Source: Schmidtea polychroa
Taxonomy: Eukaryota
Reading direction: 5' to 3'
Length of the DNA stretch: 64,000 nt
Assembly (NCBI GenBank): GCA_044892525.1
Contig: CM097885.1
Coordinates: forward strand, 10,976,001 to 11,040,000
Below the pieces are notes generated by a model, which was not told the origin of the DNA, ran no database searches, and worked only from the letters and a program-made list of their open reading frames with translations. Numbering within the stretch: the stretch's first letter is position 1; each line of letters starts with the position of its first letter. The translations under genes and the position numbers were made by a program. Below are positions 21,351 to 35,274 of the stretch, in pieces.

Positions 21351-23259
21351 TATATTATTATGTTTATAAATTGAAATATGTTTAATTTGAAAAAGTATAT
21401 TATGAATAAAAGAAAAATATAACAAATAAAACGATGGAATAATTCAGAGATAAGCAAAGCCAAATCTAGTTTCCGATTCATAAAAGTTTAATTTGATTTA
21501 ATTACGAGATTTTAGAAGCTTTCGTCAAATTTTATAAAGATGAAATGAAGGAATCTGTCTCAGAATGTCAAACTTTAATTAATGCCCGTTTAAACTCAAA
21601 ATCGTATGGAACTATAACTATCGAAGAAAATGATGAAAGATTTAGTTCACTGAAAGATAATAGTATAGAATACCATCCTGCTTTTGATTATATTAACAAT
21701 GTCTGGAACGCGTTTGTGCAAACATACAGTTAGTTTGTCATTGGTCCAAGGTTTAACAGTAACAAATATCGGTGATATCGAGATGTCAGACGAAGACCAA
21801 AACCACTTTCCAATGTCTCAACTGAAATCTTGCCAAAACGATAATGCAAGGTGGAACTGAAGATGCAATACAAATTGGCTCAAAATTTCATAAATTAACC
21901 ATATTTGGGATCGAGTAAAACAATAATAATAATATTAAACAAGTAAATGATAAGACAAGCCTTTTGTTACAAAATGTATATTAAATGAAAAACGTTCACA
22001 AACTCTGCTTGGGTTTGACTTAAAATTTTAAAATCCTATGAAAAATGTGAAAAAAGAAAGCATTTTAGTTTTTATCATATTTGGAAAGAAAAATACAAAA
22101 TATCAGAATAATTTTGCAAGGTTTACTGTTTGATAGAAATATTTAAGTACCAGCATTCAACTGTTATAGAATTCCACCCGCCCTCCCTCGCTTTAAGAAA
22201 CCATTTGTTCCCAAAGAGTTGGACGTGACTTTTATATATATTTTATATGCAATAGCTAAAACAAAGAGAAAATGTATAATGCTATTTTTATACAAATAAA
22301 CAACATACACAATTAATATATAAAATATAAACAAAACATATCAAATATATCAAAATATGTATATATTTTTCTTTACATATCGAGATTAATTCTATAATCT
22401 AAGAACGCGGTTTAATTATTAAAATTGCGCTACAGGAAGATCTTGTAAACAACTATTTTTAACAACTTGCGCTGGAATGGCTTGCTATGGACGTTGATTG
22501 CTGTCTGTACGTAATATCGATATTACCTTATAAATGTGTTATGTTATGCGTTAGTGGATCGAGTCAAGTAGTATTTTCCTGATTTATTATCACACGTTTA
22601 AAAATTCCAATAAATGTAAAATAACTTTCTCTATGTTTCCATTACAAATTAAAATAGGTTTATGCAAAACGAGATTATCCAAATTTTGGTGCTTTTTTAC
22701 AAACAATTTACTTTTTACTCTCACTGATGTTTGTATTTTTGTATGCGCCACACAAATTTGCTGAGACCAAATTAACTAACTTTCCGTGATCGGATTGAGA
22801 TAAAGTTTGGCAAGAAGATTTGTTGTCTAGAACACTGCATGCTATCAAAATTTCACATCGATCCAATCACGGAAAGTAATTTAATTTAATAAATATTGAT
22901 ATGTCAAATCTAGTGTTATTTTATTTCAATATAAATTCTTATCTATTCATTAACTTCGGATTAAAGAGATAACGTAATTATATCTAATATATGTTGAAAT
23001 TAAGAGAGTGAAATATGGAGTCTCAAAAACCATGTTTTTATGGTTGATTTTTTTATTTCAAATAATTTTTCATAAAATATATTAAAAGTAATTTTAAAAA
23101 TACAAATTATTTAAAATATATAAAAATAATACAAATACTCGATAAACCAGGTTAAAATTAAATCTGGTTTGACTTACGGTGGAAATGTAACATTAGAGAA
23201 TTCAAGTAAAGAAACTTGGAAATAAAGACAATAACAATTTTTTATATACACTTTCTTCT

Positions 23260-23990
23260 TGCTTTATTTTTTGCAAATTTATCTATTAACTTATCTGTAT
23301 TAATATGATTAATCCGTCTCTATATACTTAGTATAAACATGTTTTGTTGTAAATTCATGGCCAACTTCTTCATTTTCATCAAAAAATAGTTTTTTCCTTT
23401 GACGTCTCCATAATTGGTCCTCTTCTACCTGATAATTCATTTGATTCGTTTTTACCTTTCTCTAAGACTTGCCTGAATTTATCAATAAATGCTTCCAAAT
23501 ATTTTAATAATATGGATCCTTTCATTAAATCACATTCTTTTGATTGTAATAATTTGTTCGTAGCATTAATCTTTTGTAAAATTGTGTTCCATACTTTTGT
23601 CGGTAGTACAATTTGATACTTGTCCATTTCTTTTCGAAGTGACCTCACTTCTAATGCAATGACTTTTTATTCTTCCTTTGAATTGCAAATTTCATTTGAA
23701 ACTTCTTTATGTTGATGTAACCAAGTTTCACAGCCAACGCAGCTTCTACCCTTTCTGACCATCTGGTATCTGAAATCATTCTTATTCCGCGAAATTTCTT
23801 ACTAAATGTAGAAAATTATTAGTACATGGAACGGAAACTGCCTTTGGGCTATCTTCTTTTATACGTGCTTGTAAACCTGAGTACTTTCCTGACATATTAG
23901 TAACATTATCCTTGACAGTTCTTAATATCCAATCCATATTTTATTAATGTTTCCAATACTTCTTCCTCCAAATATTTTAATTTTATTTCG
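23260..23990 (-). pseudogene. hAT (ZMYM1/Blackjack-like) transposase fragment
   Basis: Minus-strand DNVTNMSGKYSGLQARIK, SDTRWS and WNTILQKIN..NK.LQS motifs; frameshifted. Boundaries approximate. Confidence 0.7.
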
Positions 23991-25888
23991 TTATTTGAGG
24001 GTCAACAATAAAAATTTTCAAAAAAATATATAATAAAATAAACAGCGATAAATACAAAATGCAAAAAATGTTCGTTGTCGGCACGGATAAGAAACGCCAT
24101 GGAAAAACGTGTAGTTTGAAAGTAGTGCAACAGCAATAGTGTTATCTGGCGATGAACGCCACACATAGAAAATATAAATGAAAATGCGAGAAACAAATAT
24201 TTCAGATGTTATTAAAAACATTACTTGCTGAGAAAAAAATTACGTTTCTAGAATTGAATACAAGAGTTATAACAATTTTTAAGAAAATGCTTTAACCGTT
24301 AGACAGCGGAGAGTCAATAAATTCACGCGTAGTATGTCTCTTCAAAATGACTTCAGCAGCTCAACGGTTAATACAATAGACAATTTTTAGGGCTCGCCTC
24401 GATCGTTTAGTCCGCTTACCGTATAATCCTCTACTAATGTTATCATTGCTAAGTTGAAAGTTCTATCAACAACTTATATATTATATCGTTTTTGTTTTTT
24501 ATTTAATAAAATAAGTATTTAATTCATTTTTTGCAAGGTATTTGCCATTCAAAGAGTAAAATGGCTGATTCAGATGTTGACAATAATTATTTATATCAAA
24601 ACATACAAATGAACAAATCCAAATAATAATGTTAGTGACTCTGATAAAGTTCCATTATTCATATTATTATTTACATATTTATTAAGTTAAGAAATAACAT
24701 CTTTTGCAGAGTCTATGAAAAAGCGTCACATCATTCTGCTTCAAGAGTCCATGTTTATTTTATAGAATCTCTTGCTCATACAATAAAATTGATATTAATA
24801 AAGGAATCTTTAAAAACTCGGCAAAGATCGTATAGAAAATACAGTAAATACTATGAAAAATAAAAGAAATTCAAAAACTAAAATAAAATGTAAAACTATG
24901 GGGAAAATCAGAAGTAAGAGAAGATTAGGAGGTTTCGCTGATCTCAGTTGAAATGATATTACTCGTTACTTTCAATATCAGCGGAACCTTTGAATCTTCT
25001 CTTACCCTAGTAAAAAGAATTTTTTTGAATATTTCGAAGAGGAGAGGATAAACAATTTCCATATTTTGCATTGAGTTCATAGAAAGTAATTATTATAAAC
25101 AAATTGAAACAAGACTGTATCGAGAAGGCACGAAAATATAATAAATACAAGAATCCTAATTCTACGTAAACTATATTTACATAGTGAATATATTGTATTT
25201 ATTAAAAACGTCACTATGAATCAGTAAATATATCAAAAAACATCGATATATTTACTGATTCATAGTCAAGCTTTTTAGTAAATACAATGTCAATTGAAAA
25301 GAAATCAGTGGTGAAAATTGAAAAAAGTTCTTAAATAGCTTTATGTGTATATATATTGCTAAATCTAAAAATCATATAAATATAGCGATGCCCCATAGGC
25401 CTAGCTGTCATTAACATATATTTAAGGACATAATTAAATATAAAATCCTTACTTCTAGAAATTGCAGAAAAATATCAGAATTTTAATTATAATATTAAAT
25501 ATTTCTATATAAATTATAAACCAATAATAATTGGGAAAAAATTAATTATAATTTTTCATTACGTTCGCCCTTCTAACTGTGATATTAAGGCAATGAAATG
25601 ACAAAAATGTGAACAAACAATTTTCTGTCTGATGCTAAATTAGTTGCGTTTATCAAATACTTCAATTCATCTTTGAAGTTTATTTTAAATGATCAAACTT
25701 TTTCGTTTGACGAACTAATAATTCTGAAATCTCGCTCGAGAAATCGAGAAAATCGCTTAGAAAATCGTGAAATATTTTCAGAAATTTGTCAACATTCAAC
25801 ACAAACATCTGTTTTCATTAGTCCATAATTTTCCTAAAATTTTCTGTGTTATTTTCTCTGTACTAATAGCGTTTAATAGGAATAATAA

Positions 25889-26033
<145 letters not shown>

Positions 26034-26383
26034 TAACTACAATATATTTCAACAGAATCACTGTCATCGTCAGGTAGAATTGAAATTCAAACTAAATCAA
26101 TCTAAATTACTCTTTTTTTTTAAACAAACTAATTCATTAATTTTTTTAAATATAATTTTGGTAAAATATCATAAAATTTTGTTTTCTCAATTGAAGAATT
26201 TTAAAAATTCTAAAAGTTTTAAAATTTTAAATCTTACAAAATTCTCAAAAGTTGAAATCAAGCAACATCGTAAAAAATTATTAATAAATATTAATCAATT
26301 CCTTTAGTCGATAGTGATCAGGAGGGCAGTAGTAATATATATATATATATATATATATTATTTAGTGTTATAATAATGTTATA

Positions 26384-26614
<231 letters not shown>

Positions 26615-26649
26615 TAATAATAATATTAATAATAATAATAAAGATCTAC

Positions 26650-26710
26650 CTTCCAAGGCATAGACGTTCATAATCACAAGGAACAATGCAGCGACGAATA
26701 AAAGTTTCAT
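26650..26710 (-). CDS. Signal-peptide exon, probable first coding exon of the YIRFamide precursor
   Basis: MKLLFVAALFLVIMNVYALE-G|GTAGAT. The phase-1 donor is compatible with the phase-1 acceptor at 20632; a direct join gives an 80 aa precursor. Middle exons cannot be excluded. Confidence 0.6.
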
Positions 26711-28040
26711 TTCTAATAGTTATCTAAAATTTAATAAATGTCAATTTTCTAATTAATATTCTTGTTTGAATTTTCTCAAATTAATTATCATTTCGATGGC
26801 TTCGATTTGGTTAAATAAATTTATTGTCGATGAAATTTAAAATAATAAAAAAATCCGTTGGTAATTTCAAAACGATACAATGGAAAATTTTTATGCTAAA
26901 TTATATAGGACCCAAATTAAAAATATTAATCAAAAATATGCCTATAAATTATTAATTTATTCAATTATTAATTGAATCTAGCATTTAAACAAAAAATTAG
27001 TAAAAATTTTATTTTTATTTTAAATTTGAATTTAATTATTCAATTTATTAGTTTTCTGATTATAGAAAATATTTCTATCATAATAATAAATTTGTTTTAA
27101 TTATGTCATGAAAATAATTACATATTTTGTTATTGAAATTATTACGAAATTAAATGAAGTTATTCGAATTCCAACATATTCATCAATTGTTTCCTCAAGG
27201 CTTTACGTTTCATTAAATATATGTCAGCAAAAAGAGAAAAAAAGTCAATTTTAGATTTATTTTATTTGTTGATAAAATAATATCATTTTCAAATATAAGT
27301 AAAATCTTTTAGACTGGTGGTTATTGTTTTATTTATTTATATTGTTAATTTGTTTTATATATTTTTTTAAAACAAATAATTGGTGGATAAGCTCAAAATG
27401 ATGAAAAAAATGAAAATAAAAATAAATTAAAAAAATGACATGAAAATAGAAATAAAAAAAGTAATAATGGTAATCAAATGTTTCTGATGGAAATTTTTTG
27501 AGCAATTACTGGGAACGAGCAACGTGCGAGGCGTAAGAAATTTGATCTTTAAATCCTATAATTAATATTCAAAGTGCTCAGTATACAGGGATTTTATTTA
27601 AATAATTTAACATTGTAGGATGATGTTAATATTTGAATGAAATTTATTTAATTTATTTGAATGAAAACAATTTCTAAATTTTAAATTTAAAATGAACTTG
27701 ATTTTTTTATATTAATTTAAGAAAAACTCGTATGAAAATGATATTAATTATTAGCGTTTTTTTAAATAATAATTTTTATATGATTTTAAAAAAATGTTTT
27801 TTATTTTAAAAAAAAGACAAGTTTTTTAAAATGCTTTTTAATTTTATAAAATTCGATTAATATTTTTATTGATTAATTTGTTTCAATATTCTTATTTTCA
27901 TTTAGTTGTTATTAATTCAATTTCTAGAACGAAGAAGATTGTTAAACGGTCGAAATATATTGCAATGTGATATTTTAATATACTTAGCCTACGATTTTCA
28001 ATAATAATAATAATAATAATAATTATTATTATTATTATTA

Positions 28041-28119
<79 letters not shown>

Positions 28120-28128
28120 TACTATTAC

Positions 28129-28176
<48 letters not shown>

Positions 28177-28181
28177 TATTA

Positions 28182-28306
<125 letters not shown>

Positions 28307-29164
28307 GTTATTATTGCTATATTGTTTTTTCATACAATGTAATATTTTATTTTATATTTCAATTATTAGCTTTATTATTATTACTGATATTTATCCCAAA
28401 AATTTAGTATTTTCTAAAAGCGGCATATTCAAAGATTATGAATGTATCAAAACCTAAATTGTCATTACTTTTAGAAGGTGATATCGTTAATTCGTAGCGA
28501 TTTAAACAAAAAGTAATAAAATTGACTCGAAAGTAATTAATTTCACTTCTAAGAAATTTTTATTTATAACAATGTCAGAAAGATATTTTCTTCAGTTTAA
28601 ACGGCGCGTTTCAAAGTTTCTTTAAAATAAAATATATAATTTTAAATTAATATTTGATTTAAGAAATTTCATCTCGATTCAGAATCACTTTTCAATGCCA
28701 CTTTTTATTTTTTAGAGTTAATTTTTGTAACATTTCATTTGATTTCTTCAAAAATTTCAGAGAAATGGAAAATAAAATTAAAAAATCCCCAAATATTTTG
28801 TCAATTTTCAGAGATCTTTGGCACAATAATTGACATGAGTTTTTATCATTTCAGTTAATAGTAGTCAGGATTCAGGGCAATACTGATTTTTTCAGGCTTC
28901 TAGAGTTGACAATGCCCATTATGAATTATTATTTTTAAATATTATTATAATTTTTATAGAGTGTAACAAATAACTGATGAATTTTCTTTTCTTTGTAAAA
29001 ATATTATCACAAGCAGAAAATTGGAACAAAGCTTTGAAGATCAACGTTGAAATTTTAAAATTATAGAAAGAAAAAAACAAATGTTTAAAGTTTTAAATTA
29101 TACAGTTTTTATGAATGATTGAATTTTTATTGTCGATATTAAATAATTTGTAATATAAACATTT

Positions 29165-29587
29165 GAAGCTTTCTGAAACCCAGTGCAAATTCCAATAGTA
29201 GACTAGTTTTGAGTTTTTGGCTCTCATCAGAACTATGCAGGAGACGCAAAGATTTCTCTCCGCGCCAGGTAAGTATACAACATTGCTGATTCAACTCTAT
29301 TGCATACTTTACCTGCTACACTGGAAATCACATGACTTGCAAATTAGCTAAAACATAGAAAAGATATCTGCAAACTTGTAAACATGGCATATGAAAAATC
29401 ATATTCGCCTCTGGAGACACCGTCTACAGACAGAAACTGTTTTCAAGTGCATCCGTAAACCTTTAGCATTTTTAACTTGTAATGGTGTAAAATTTATTTT
29501 ACGGATGTCTAACATTAAAATAACATAAACATTACAAGCTTTGTGATAACCAGTGCAAATCCCAATAGTAGACTAGTGTCGAGCTTT
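29165..29587 (-). mobile_element. Hammerhead-containing tandem repeat (retrozyme or Penelope-type), about 1.1 units, 370 nt between cleavage sites
   Basis: Reverse-complement homologue of 31873-32365; GTC cleavage triplets end at 29571 and 29201. Confidence 0.8.
29195..29236 (-). ncRNA. Minimal type I hammerhead ribozyme, mutated (GAAA to AAAA)
   Basis: ATAGTT-CTGATGA-GAG.CCAAAAA.CTC-AAAA-CTAG-TC-TACTAT. Confidence 0.7.
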
Positions 29588-29841
29588 ATTATTTTATTTA
29601 CATCTTTGTATTGAAATAAATTTTGGAATTAAGAGTGAAGAATTAAATGCTATGCCTCTTCCAATTACTTATCTTTTGTGACAAAAAAAATCTAAACAGC
29701 TTTTATACCATCGGTAGAAACTCTTCTTCACTAATATTTTTCACTGGCATTTGAATTTAAATCATGAATTCTTTAATTTATTTTCATTGAAAAATCACCA
29801 AATAATTCAGTTCTCAACGAATCCAAATTATTAGATTTAAA

Positions 29842-30294
29842 TAGGCTTGCAAACTCTCCCGTTTTTACCGGGACTCTCCCGGAATCGACTTTAGTCTTTC
29901 GTCCCCCAGTTAACTATGACCAGGGAGATGGAAATCTCCCGTCTTTCCGTTTTTACAATATTTTAAAATTTTTCAAGAAAAAAGTGCAGATTTTGAAGTT
30001 TTAACTTTTATTTGATTTCTCTAAAATAATGATAGTCAAGATTTATTTTTGCTCACAGTCACCGGAAGTTTAATTTGTTTGTTCACGGCGAGCGATTTTA
30101 TGTTTTTCTTCTTACCACGTTATTAGTCTGTCACTGTCAGGTTTTTTTCACTTTTAACATTTTAATGTTTAAAAACTAGTAACATGTGTAAACCAAAAAA
30201 GTGAAAAAACACCTGTTATATTATCTCTTAAGTGTTATACTGTTGGCAATTTTATAATCTCCCTGGTTCAAGGTTGTGGGTATTGGCAACCCTA
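29842..30294. mobile_element. hAT-type MITE (TAGGGTTGCCA-like TIR)
   Basis: Ends TAGGCTTGCAA ... TTGGCAACCCTA; flanks GATTTAAA / GATTTAAC (7/8 TSD match). Confidence 0.7.
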
Positions 30295-31139
30295 GATTTA
30301 ACATAATTAAAATAATTCATCTTCCAAAAACATAAAACCATTAATCAATGTAAAATAAACTGTTTAAAAATCTCTTAATTTACAATTTTAAAACAAAATC
30401 TTTTTAAACAAAATTTTAGAAAGTTTTACAGAAAACCAAAAAATAAGTATGAATAAAGAACTTCATTTTTTAAAAATATATTTTGACAGTTAATCAGGTA
30501 CTAAATAAAATCAATTAAAACAATTTATAAAATTTAATAATCCAAACATATTTTATACTGAAAATATCAGCAATTTTAAAAGGTTTTGAAATAATTTAAA
30601 TATTGACACTTCAGAAACCATCAGAAAACGGTAAAGCTATAGCAGAACGAATCCAGCAGATAAATCAATTTCATTTATCGCTATCATCGCTATTCATTGG
30701 AGTTATCATCAATCATATCCATTGCAATACATTCCGTAACATTTTCAAGGGAATTAAACGGATGAACATCATGTAAAATTATGTCATCAATAAAAACTCG
30801 TTATAAGAAAGACTTTGAAAGTTAATTATTAGGAAGTAATTTAATCAATTTATATCAGTTTACGGTAATATCCTAGAACGATAAATCTCCTTATCATATT
30901 TCTTTTATATTCAAACTCAGACCTTTCTTGTGATGGATTCAGGATAGTATCTGCTGTTTTCCTAATAATCTCAGTTTCAAGTAACTAAAATTTAGAATTA
31001 ATTCCCTCTTCAAAATAAATTTTTCATACAATGTGAAAATGATTTAAATTTCATGTATTTAATATAATTATGTGATTACTAATAAATCTATAAGTATATG
31101 ATGCAAAATTAAATTTAAAAATAGTATTTTTGTTATTTA

Positions 31140-31205
<66 letters not shown>

Positions 31206-31879
31206 TATAATAATAATAACTAATAATTAATAATAATATTAATTAATAATAATATTAATTAATTAATGTTTAGCAAAACAAATCTCACAATGCCAATAAA
31301 AGCGCAAGATCATATTTCGGGCCTAAGCGTTATCAAAATTATGATTAGTTTAAGTAGCTGTTGTTTATTCATGAACAAGTCTTTGGGAGAGGGAAATTAT
31401 CGGTTTACCTATTTGCCTTAAGATTAATCTCGAACCCACTTTAATATTTCAATTTTATTTGGATATTGTCAAAACGATGGGCGATTGTCAATAATAATAA
31501 TAATAATATTTTGCTTCTCAATTACAAATATTTATGACTCAACTTAAATTTTGGTTTGTTTACCAACGAACGTGCACAATAAACAAATTTCACGGGAGTG
31601 GTGATCTAGATGTCTTTCTAGGACTATTTCCAAATGAACTTGATTTGTAAATTCGAAAAGATTTTAGTAAGAAATTAATGAAATGGTTGGGAAAAATACA
31701 GATTTGTCATTATTTTAAATATGAACTGCGTCTTAGTGATTCTTAAACTTTTTATAGTCACAGCCGCCTAATAACTATATATTTTTTGCGGACCGCAATC
31801 TTTTATTATGTATATTTTTTATAAAAATCGATTTTTAACAATTTACTTTTAAGAGACAAAGTATTTTATTTTCTCCTGC

Positions 31880-31921
31880 ATACTACTGACGAGAGCCAAA
31901 AGCTCGAAACTAGTCTACTAT
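31880..31921 (+). ncRNA. Minimal type I hammerhead ribozyme with intact catalytic core
   Basis: ATACTA-CTGACGA-GAGC.CAAAA.GCTC-GAAA-C.TA.G-TC^TACTAT; palindromic ACTAGT stem III; predicted cleavage after 31915; one mismatch in stem I. Confidence 0.85.
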
Positions 31922-32227
31922 TGAGATTTGCACTGGGTATTACAAAGCTTGTAATGTTCATCCGTAAAAAAAATTTACACCATTACAAGTTAAAAATGCT
32001 AAAGGTTTACGGGTGCACTTGTAAACAGTTTCTGTGTATGATGGTGTCTCCAGAAGTGAATATGATTTTCCATACGCCATGTTTACAAGTTTGCAGATAT
32101 TTTTTCTGTGATTTAGCTAATTTGCAAGTGATGTGATTTTCAGTGTACCGGGGAAAGTATGCAATAGAGTTGAATCAGCAATATTGTACACTTACCTGGC
32201 GCGGAGAGAAATCTTCGCGTCTCCTGC

Positions 32228-32269
32228 ATAGTACTGATGAATGCCAAAAACTCGAAACTAGTCTACTAT
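32228..32269 (+). ncRNA. Minimal type I hammerhead ribozyme, stem II degraded
   Basis: ATAGTA-CTGATGA-ATGCCAAAAACTC-GAAA-CTAG-TC^TACTAT; perfect 6-bp stem I; predicted cleavage after 32263. Confidence 0.75.
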
Positions 32270-35235
32270 TGGGATTTGCACTGGGTATCACAAAGCTGGT
32301 AATGTTTATATTATTTTAATTTTAGACATCCGTAAAAAAATTTTACACCATTACAAGTTAAAAAAGTTGAAATTGTTAAATTTGTTCTTATCTATATGTA
32401 TTTGTGAACTTCCGCCTAAATTTCTAACCCATCTGTTAAAAATCACTGTATCATGTGATATTTAATTTAAGGCTTGTGTATTTTTATATTTTATAATTTT
32501 TATAATTTTTATTTTATATTTTATAACAAATTTATTTGATCAAATTTAATGAAATTAAATTTATAATTTTATTTAGAATATTTAAACATACTTTTATTTC
32601 TTTCATGTTTTTAATTTAAAAAATTATTTTATTTCTCATATTTCATTTTTTATTGTTTAAATTTAAATTTAATTATTTTAATTAAAAGTTATAAATTTAC
32701 CGATTAATTTAAAATATCTATCTGACATTGAAGGAAATTTTAAGGTTTTTCTTGTGGTGAGGAATTTTCGTATACAAAAACTTTTTATAACATTAGTAAA
32801 TACATAAAATGATAGATGATTACCCTTCTTAAACCGGGTAAAATGTTTTTTATTTATCAATTCTTTGTTAAAATAATTTTTTGCAATTTTTTCTGGGCTG
32901 GTGGCAGAATTAGATTAGAACTGTATGGACGCAAAGTGTTAGGCAAAAGTGCTAAAATTTTAATTTAAAAAAATTCAGAATTTGATATATTTATATAATA
33001 TTTATTGAGATTCACATAAATTTCGAAAATTAAATAATTATTAGAATTTCTGCAAGAAATATTTAAACCAATGTATTTTTAAAATAGTGCATTTACAAAA
33101 TAAATTAATAATTAAAAAGAAATATTAAGTAAAAATTAATTGTAAAATTTTAATTTAATTAAATAAATCACAGAAAGACACACAGATCTTGTAAGTTTAA
33201 TATGTTATACCTATCAGTTGGTAATAAGAATAATAATAAGAAGTAGAATAATTGAATCTGCTGTAAGTAGACAATTTGTTCGTTAAACTCACGTGACAAG
33301 TTTTTGGTTGTATAAGAATTTATAACATCGTCAAAGCGCAATTAAGTAAAAAATGTATACTGAATTTTAATTTTATTGGATGTGAATAAATGTTGATGTA
33401 TTTTTCTTGTGGTTCTGACTGTATGAGACTAATAAGAATAGGTACATACATCAGCCAGTGTTCACGTTTTTCTGCTTATAGGAGATTTAATTTGGAAATT
33501 GTGTATCAGCAACATACACCACGTGACCATCTCCATTAAAAATGGCAGTGTGTGCATCCAAGAATATTAATAAGAATTCTATATCATCATTAAAAACTTT
33601 TCCCAGGTGTTGCATTCTCATATCCACAAGACAGTTTGGAAATTTTGAGGATCAAAATGTCAAATAGAGATTGGCTTTTTCCAAGTCATTCATTTCATAA
33701 ATAATTGAACTGTAAAAATTGGAGCGCAAATAACAGAAATTTGAATTTTGCCTTAATTAGCAGAATATAGATAAAGGAGACAAAAGAGGATTTACAAAAC
33801 GTAAAACGATTACAGAAAAAGAATTAAAACAAGAAGATACTCAACTAGATAAACAGCTTGTGATAGAAAAACTAATATTGTTTTCAAATTGATAAATTTT
33901 GGGTTCTGCCTGCAAAGTAACTGATGCCATTGATCATATTATGTAGGTTATTCTATTGAATAAAGAGAACGAAGAGTCAGTACTTGATTTACTATGGTTA
34001 TTCATTACAAATATCTAACAATACTTTTAGCTGCTTCAATTATTTTTAGCATGCTGAATTTAGTTTACACTTTACCTCTCCGTTGATTTATCAGAATAAA
34101 TAAGTTGCACAAACCTCTCATATACTCGAGCTACCTTCATTTCCTCAATTAGTTCAACTCCTCTCTAAAGTTGTCTTCTCAATTGTATTTTCTTTTCTCA
34201 TGTCATCAATTTCTTTTAAGATTGAAGATCCACATTCTTTCTTGTGGACATAAAACCTACGCAGGTAACAGTAATGACAATATATCTTTGTAAAGTCTTT
34301 TATCTTTTCCCCATTCATTGACTATTTTTAATTGATTCTCTCTTTAATTTTTTAAAACTATAGGTCAATTAATTCTAATTAAGTCTTATAAAAATTAAGA
34401 AAATTAAAACATCCTTAGTCTCACTTTATTATATAGGTTCAAATATCATAAATTTTAGTTTCCTAATTTTCTGTTTAGTTTTAGTTACTATTTCATTTTA
34501 CCTTTTACTTCCTTATCTTTTATCTGTTTTCATTTACCATTTCATTTTACTGACATTGGTGCCCACCTTATTATTGACATTAGTGCTATAATTAAAGTCA
34601 GTTATAATTATATATTTCTATAAGGATGTGATAAAACCGTATAAATTTACAATTTAACATTCACAAATTTTTGTATGAAATTAAAAATAATTTTTCTTAA
34701 TCAAACATTTGTCTGTAAAGAACTGTACAAAATCTATATTGTATGACCTTTATTTGACATACACAAGGATGACTCAAATTTTAAACAACACACATCAATA
34801 CGCCTGTTTAATATATGATTGTATTTAATGACAAAATAATATGACGTCTCAAATTTTATACAATGTACATTGTAAGATTAATGTAATATTGCATTTTTTA
34901 CTGATTTATTTAAAAGTTTCATTGTATAAAATATTATCTGTAATTCTATTTTTCATAAATTTATCCCTTTCATGCAACCATCCACTATTTACCAATAATT
35001 TATTTATTCCTCATATATATATATATATATATATGAATTTAATTACAATATAAATTTTATTTCAATTCATATACTAATAACATGAAATTATCAACAAATT
35101 TAACAGTAATTGATAAAATACTTTTGACAAATTTATTTATAAAATAATTTCTTTTAATAAAATATTTTTCGAAATTTTATTTCAGTTGAAACCTCACGCT
35201 ATAATTTTTTATATTAAATTTACAATAAAAAATTA

Positions 35236-35274
<39 letters not shown>

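Larger units (their letters stand above)
31873..32365 (+). mobile_element. Hammerhead-containing tandem repeat (retrozyme or Penelope-type), about 1.4 units, 348 nt between cleavage sites
   Basis: Two hammerhead cores (31886 and 32234) in direct repeat with shared downstream sequence; non-coding. Confidence 0.85.

Noticed and set aside
26040..26100. Possible middle exon (ILPDDDSDSVEIY) of the neuropeptide gene
   Set aside because: The available AG acceptors introduce an in-frame TGA, and the donor would create TAA with the last exon. Unsupported without cDNA.
32188..32350. A bona fide U1 snRNA gene
   Set aside because: Similarity stops after about 13-15 nt. There is no GATCACGAAG loop I, no clear Sm site and no terminal stem-loop, and the sequence is part of the hammerhead repeat unit.
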